From: Myxococcales bacterium
Lineage (GTDB): Bacteria > Myxococcota_A > UBA9042 > JABWCM01 > BTVJ01
Assembly (NCBI GenBank): GCA_045863395.1
Contig: BTVJ01000060.1
Coordinates: forward strand, 1-44,003
Direction of reading: 5' to 3'
DNA length: 44,003 bases
Below the pieces are notes generated by a model. That model was not told where the DNA came from and searched no databases. It worked only from the letters and a program-made list of their open reading frames with translations. The position numbers and the translations under genes were made by a program. Of the stretch, positions 41,210-44,003 are shown piece by piece. The stretch's first letter is position 1; each line of letters opens with the position of its first letter.

Positions 41210-42541
41210 GTGACCGCAGAGGCCCTCGATCTGCTGACAGTAGCGCTGATCGGGGATGGTCTGCCCCTCGATGGCTGGACGATGACCGCCCCCGAGGGCG
41301 CAGCATCAGTGACGGTCGTTCTCGCCTTCGCCATCGACGGAGGCGTGGCGCTGCGTGTCCACCCGGAGCTGACCCCGGGTGCGACATACCTCGTAGATGG
41401 ACCGGCGGCGGCGGACGTGACCGTCGGTCCGCTCCTGGCGCCTGCGTCCCACCGGGGCTTTCCGCGACCCCCATTCGCGGCGCTGACCCAGGCGCTGGGC
41501 GGCGAGGTAGACGAGCTCTCCGGGGAGCCCGCTACCCTGCTGCTCCGGGATGCCATACCGGGCGACTCCAGGCTGCTCGTCGAGTCCACGCTGCGCTTCC
41601 CCTCCGAGGGAGCGGCTTGGGTGGGCCCCTACCGTGTCGCGTACACGTCGCGTACCGACGGCGCTCTCCACGGGAGCACCTGGCCCGACCACGCCTACCG
41701 GACGATCTCGGCCCGCACGGTGGTGGCGCTCGAACTGAGGTCCGCTGACTTGCCGGTTGCGCTCTCCCGCATCGAACGAGCGCGCCGCGAGACGCTGATC
41801 CACCGATGTCCGGACGCCGCCCTCGACGGGCTCGCGCAGCTCCATGGGGCCCCGCGGCCGCCGGGCTTTCCTCGTGCCGGCTGGCGCCACGCATTGCACG
41901 CGGTAGCCTACGGTCGTCGCGGCGTACCAGGTACAACGTTCGCCGTCATCCGCGCGGCTCTGGCGCATCGTGAGTCGACGTTCTCGGTGGTACTGGATCC
42001 CGGAGCGTCGAGTGCCCTTGTGCGTGCCGACGGGGCGCCGCCCTGGTCTCCCGCCTTGGCCGGAAGGTGGTTCGTGGTGGACGAGCATGTGCTGTTTGTC
42101 CGGGAGGTGGATGAGGACCACCTGTACCTGGTGCCCACGGGCAACGCCTGGTGGTCGGCCCCGTGGTGGGCGACGGCCGACGCTCCGGTCCAGGCCGAGG
42201 CGTCGCTGCTCCCGTTTCGCCTCCACGAGCGCGTCCCTGCTCGGGGGCATGCGGGAGAGCCTGGGGTGCTGGAGCTCGTGCTCTACGAGGATGCGGTCGG
42301 GACCCCACCCCCGACGTATCTCTTGGACGACGGTCAGGCGCGCCCAGCGGGCCAGCCCTTCGGCGGGCACCTGCTCGAGGACGCTGTCGAAGAGACCGGG
42401 GATCCCATGGGGCTTGGGCCACATCCGCCCTACCTGTTTGGTGAGGATCTGGTGTCGGGGCCCTTCACCCATGTGCTGACGTCGATGCTGCCTCCCGGCT
42501 ATCGCGTGGTCGCACGGTTGGGCACGCCGGGACGCGTCTGA
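41210..42541 (+). CDS. Putative baseplate wedge/tail protein
   Basis: Long GC3-biased ORF; LDGLAQLHG.PRP motif reminiscent of P2 gpI-like wedge proteins. Confidence 0.5.
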   Translation: MTAEALDLLTVALIGDGLPLDGWTMTAPEGAASVTVVLAFAIDGGVALRVHPELTPGATYLVDGPAAADVTVGPLLAPASHRGFPRPPFAALTQALGGEVDELSGEPATLLLRDAIPGDSRLLVESTLRFPSEGAAWVGPYRVAYTSRTDGALHGSTWPDHAYRTISARTVVALELRSADLPVALSRIERARRETLIHRCPDAALDGLAQLHGAPRPPGFPRAGWRHALHAVAYGRRGVPGTTFAVIRAALAHRESTFSVVLDPGASSALVRADGAPPWSPALAGRWFVVDEHVLFVREVDEDHLYLVPTGNAWWSAPWWATADAPVQAEASLLPFRLHERVPARGHAGEPGVLELVLYEDAVGTPPPTYLLDDGQARPAGQPFGGHLLEDAVEETGDPMGLGPHPPYLFGEDLVSGPFTHVLTSMLPPGYRVVARLGTPGRV

Positions 42542-42547
42542 GCGCCC

Positions 42548-42627
42548 TTGTGGCGTCATGCCAATATATGGCACAATACATGATCAAGCGGCCACAAGAG
42601 GTGCTGGTCCGGTTGACCGCCTTCTGT
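42548..42627 (+). promoter_or_regulatory. Candidate lysis promoter with palindrome and degenerate leader hairpin, copy 3
   Basis: TTGTGG-18 nt-CACAAT; TGCCA-ATATA-TGGCA; then GGCCACAAGAGGTGC-T-GGTC-CGGTT-GACC-GCCTTCTGT. Confidence 0.45.
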
Positions 42628-42650
42628 ACCGCCTTGGGCAGGGTGCACTC

Positions 42651-43376
42651 ATGATCGACCAGGCCGTCATGGTCAACGGGCGCGCGCAGGTGGGGCCCGC
42701 AGGCATGCGCATCATCCAGGGGGCGCCGTTCACCGGTCGCCAGCGCCGCGCCTCGGACGTGACGCAGGTCGTGGTCCACGAGTCCGTCACACGTTCAGCG
42801 GCATCCACCGAGGCCGTCCTGCGCAAGCGGAACCTCAGCGTCCATCTGATGGTCGTCCCCACCGGCGAGGTCCAGCAGCACGGGGACCTTGGACGCCTGC
42901 GTCTCGTCCACGCTGCCGGCCAGAACGGTCCGTCGGTGGGGATCGAGGTGGTCAACCCCTATTATCCGGGGATCCGCGACAGGATCGGCCTGTCAACTTG
43001 GAAGAGGGTGCTGAAGGCCGCCTGGGCGCACAAGGGACGTTACCTCGTCCCCACCCCGGCGCAGGCCGAGGCCACCGCGCAGCTCATCGCGTGGCTTACG
43101 TCCCCCGCCTCGACGCTGGGCATCCCGCGCGTCTGGCCTGGCGTCCTGAACGGGCACCTGCGGATGGGGCCGCTAACCGGCGTGGAGCCGCGGGGACCGG
43201 GCGTCTGGGCCCACCACTACACAGCGCACGCGGACGGGGCCTGGCCGGTGCTGTACGCGTGGCTCCGCATCGAGGCTCGGCTGGCCGCTGACGTCGCCTA
43301 CGAGCAGGCGTGCCTGCTCGCGGAGCAGTGCACGAAGGGCTGGGTCACACTGCCGAGTGCAGCAACCGCGGCCTGA
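42651..43376 (+). CDS. Endolysin, N-acetylmuramoyl-L-alanine amidase (Amidase_2 type)
   Basis: VVVHES, LSVHLMV...GEVQQ, HAAGQNGPSVGIEVVN, C-terminal H...H.D; ATG 42651 preferred because 42558-42650 looks like promoter/leader. Confidence 0.85.
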   Translation: MIDQAVMVNGRAQVGPAGMRIIQGAPFTGRQRRASDVTQVVVHESVTRSAASTEAVLRKRNLSVHLMVVPTGEVQQHGDLGRLRLVHAAGQNGPSVGIEVVNPYYPGIRDRIGLSTWKRVLKAAWAHKGRYLVPTPAQAEATAQLIAWLTSPASTLGIPRVWPGVLNGHLRMGPLTGVEPRGPGVWAHHYTAHADGAWPVLYAWLRIEARLAADVAYEQACLLAEQCTKGWVTLPSAATAA

Positions 43377-43397
43377 GCCGCAGGGAGGAGGAGATGG

Positions 43398-43619
43398 ATG
43401 GACGGCACGGAGGCATGGGTGGGGGCGGTCGCGTCGGCGGCCGTGGCCGGGATGCTGGGGCTCGGGCGCATGTGGATCCGTGCCCGACGCCAGGCATCCC
43501 GAGAGCGCACGCTGGTCGAGCTGGTCGAGGCCGGAGTGCCGCCGCGGGAGGCGCGCCGCTTGCTGCGGGACACCGGACGCACGCCAGGGGTGGAGACCGA
43601 CAGCTCGACGAGCGAGTGA
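43398..43619 (+). CDS. Holin-like small membrane protein
   Basis: GGAGGAGGAG RBS; one N-terminal hydrophobic segment followed by a basic tail; next to the endolysin. Confidence 0.5.
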   Translation: MDGTEAWVGAVASAAVAGMLGLGRMWIRARRQASRERTLVELVEAGVPPREARRLLRDTGRTPGVETDSSTSE

Positions 43620-43927
43620 TGGGGTGGGGCGCGGCGGTGGCGGCGATGGCGGCCGTGCTGCTGGCCATCCTCGGGAGCGCATCGGGGGGCTGCGCCGCCT
43701 CGGGCACCGCCAGCCTGGGCACGGCCTGCACGCTGAGCTGGGAGAGCGTACCGGGCGACGCCCGGGTCACCGGGACCGGCGCCTGTCGCCTCCCCCCGGG
43801 CCTCGCGGCCGTCGCGCCTCACGGCACGGAGCCGCTGCTCGAGCTGACGTGTACGGCGCGTTCGCCCTGGGCGGCGAGCTGGATGCAGGGGGCGCGGACC
43901 GCAGGGGCAGATGCGCTCGGGGACTGA
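43619..43927 (+). CDS. Putative lipoprotein (spanin-like position)
   Basis: Hydrophobic signal followed by ASGG-C lipobox-like Cys; TGATG coupling. Confidence 0.45.
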   Translation: MGWGAAVAAMAAVLLAILGSASGGCAASGTASLGTACTLSWESVPGDARVTGTGACRLPPGLAAVAPHGTEPLLELTCTARSPWAASWMQGARTAGADALGD

Positions 43928-43939
43928 CCCCCGCACGAT

Positions 43940-44003
43940 GGCAGGGTGGAGCAGCGCGGTAGCTCGCCGGGCTCATACCCCGGAGGCCGTCGGTTCGACC
44001 CCG
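43940..44003 (+). tRNA. tRNA-Met (CAT), initiator-like, 3' end cut by the window edge
   Basis: D arm TGGAGCAGCGCGGTAGCTC, anticodon arm CCGGG-CTCATAC-CCCGG with three consecutive G-C pairs, T arm GTCGG-TTCGACC-CCG. Confidence 0.85.

Noticed and set aside
41133..41213. 26-codon ORF bridging two structural genes
   Set aside because: GTGA-coupled at both ends but too short to support; it may be a frameshifted 5' end of the 41210 gene.
1981..42574. Many long minus-strand ORFs (for example 1981-3852, 7037-8782, 24421-26919, 41306-42574)
   Set aside because: They are antisense shadows of GC3-biased plus-strand genes with no recognisable motifs; only hicA is supported on the minus strand.
10706..43380. 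TGAGCC/TGAGCG recurring at many stop codons
   Set aside because: Adequately explained by TGA preference and GC-rich context; no further conserved structure.
43940..44003. tRNA as prophage attachment site
   Set aside because: No integrase or duplicated tRNA 3' end in the window, and the tRNA is atypical; cannot be supported, though not excluded.

Overview
High-GC (roughly 70% by eye) window that is almost entirely a co-oriented (+ strand) segment of a contractile-tailed phage or prophage. No integrase, repressor or att site is visible, so prophage status cannot be decided. Gene order: partial replication initiator with 21-bp iteron-like repeats and a DnaC/IstB-like loader; RuvC-like resolvase fragment, ASCH protein and DEDDh exonuclease; small and large terminase; portal, MuF-like head protein, prohead protease, scaffold and an SPO1/Twort/A511-like major capsid; neck, sheath, tube, chaperone, tape measure and baseplate; amidase endolysin, holin-like and lipoprotein genes; a truncated initiator-like tRNA-Met. 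The most striking feature is a family of three dispersed genes (8585, 32948, 38187) that share an N-terminal leader (EPGPFTRLLH[DE]SG...LxK[AG]...GPRGG[KR][WY]ADPE) but carry different cargo: JAB/MPN plus InPase-like, colicin E5-like RNase, and JAB/MPN. Each has a small partner gene starting inside it in the +1 frame, and two of these partners are fully nested. This looks like a head-packaged, protease-matured polymorphic effector/immunity system. Also seen: a repeated promoter-plus-GNRA-hairpin leader, a probable +1 frameshift in the tail chaperone, and an orphan hicA with an ATT start. All family calls come from motif recognition by eye; no database searches were run.
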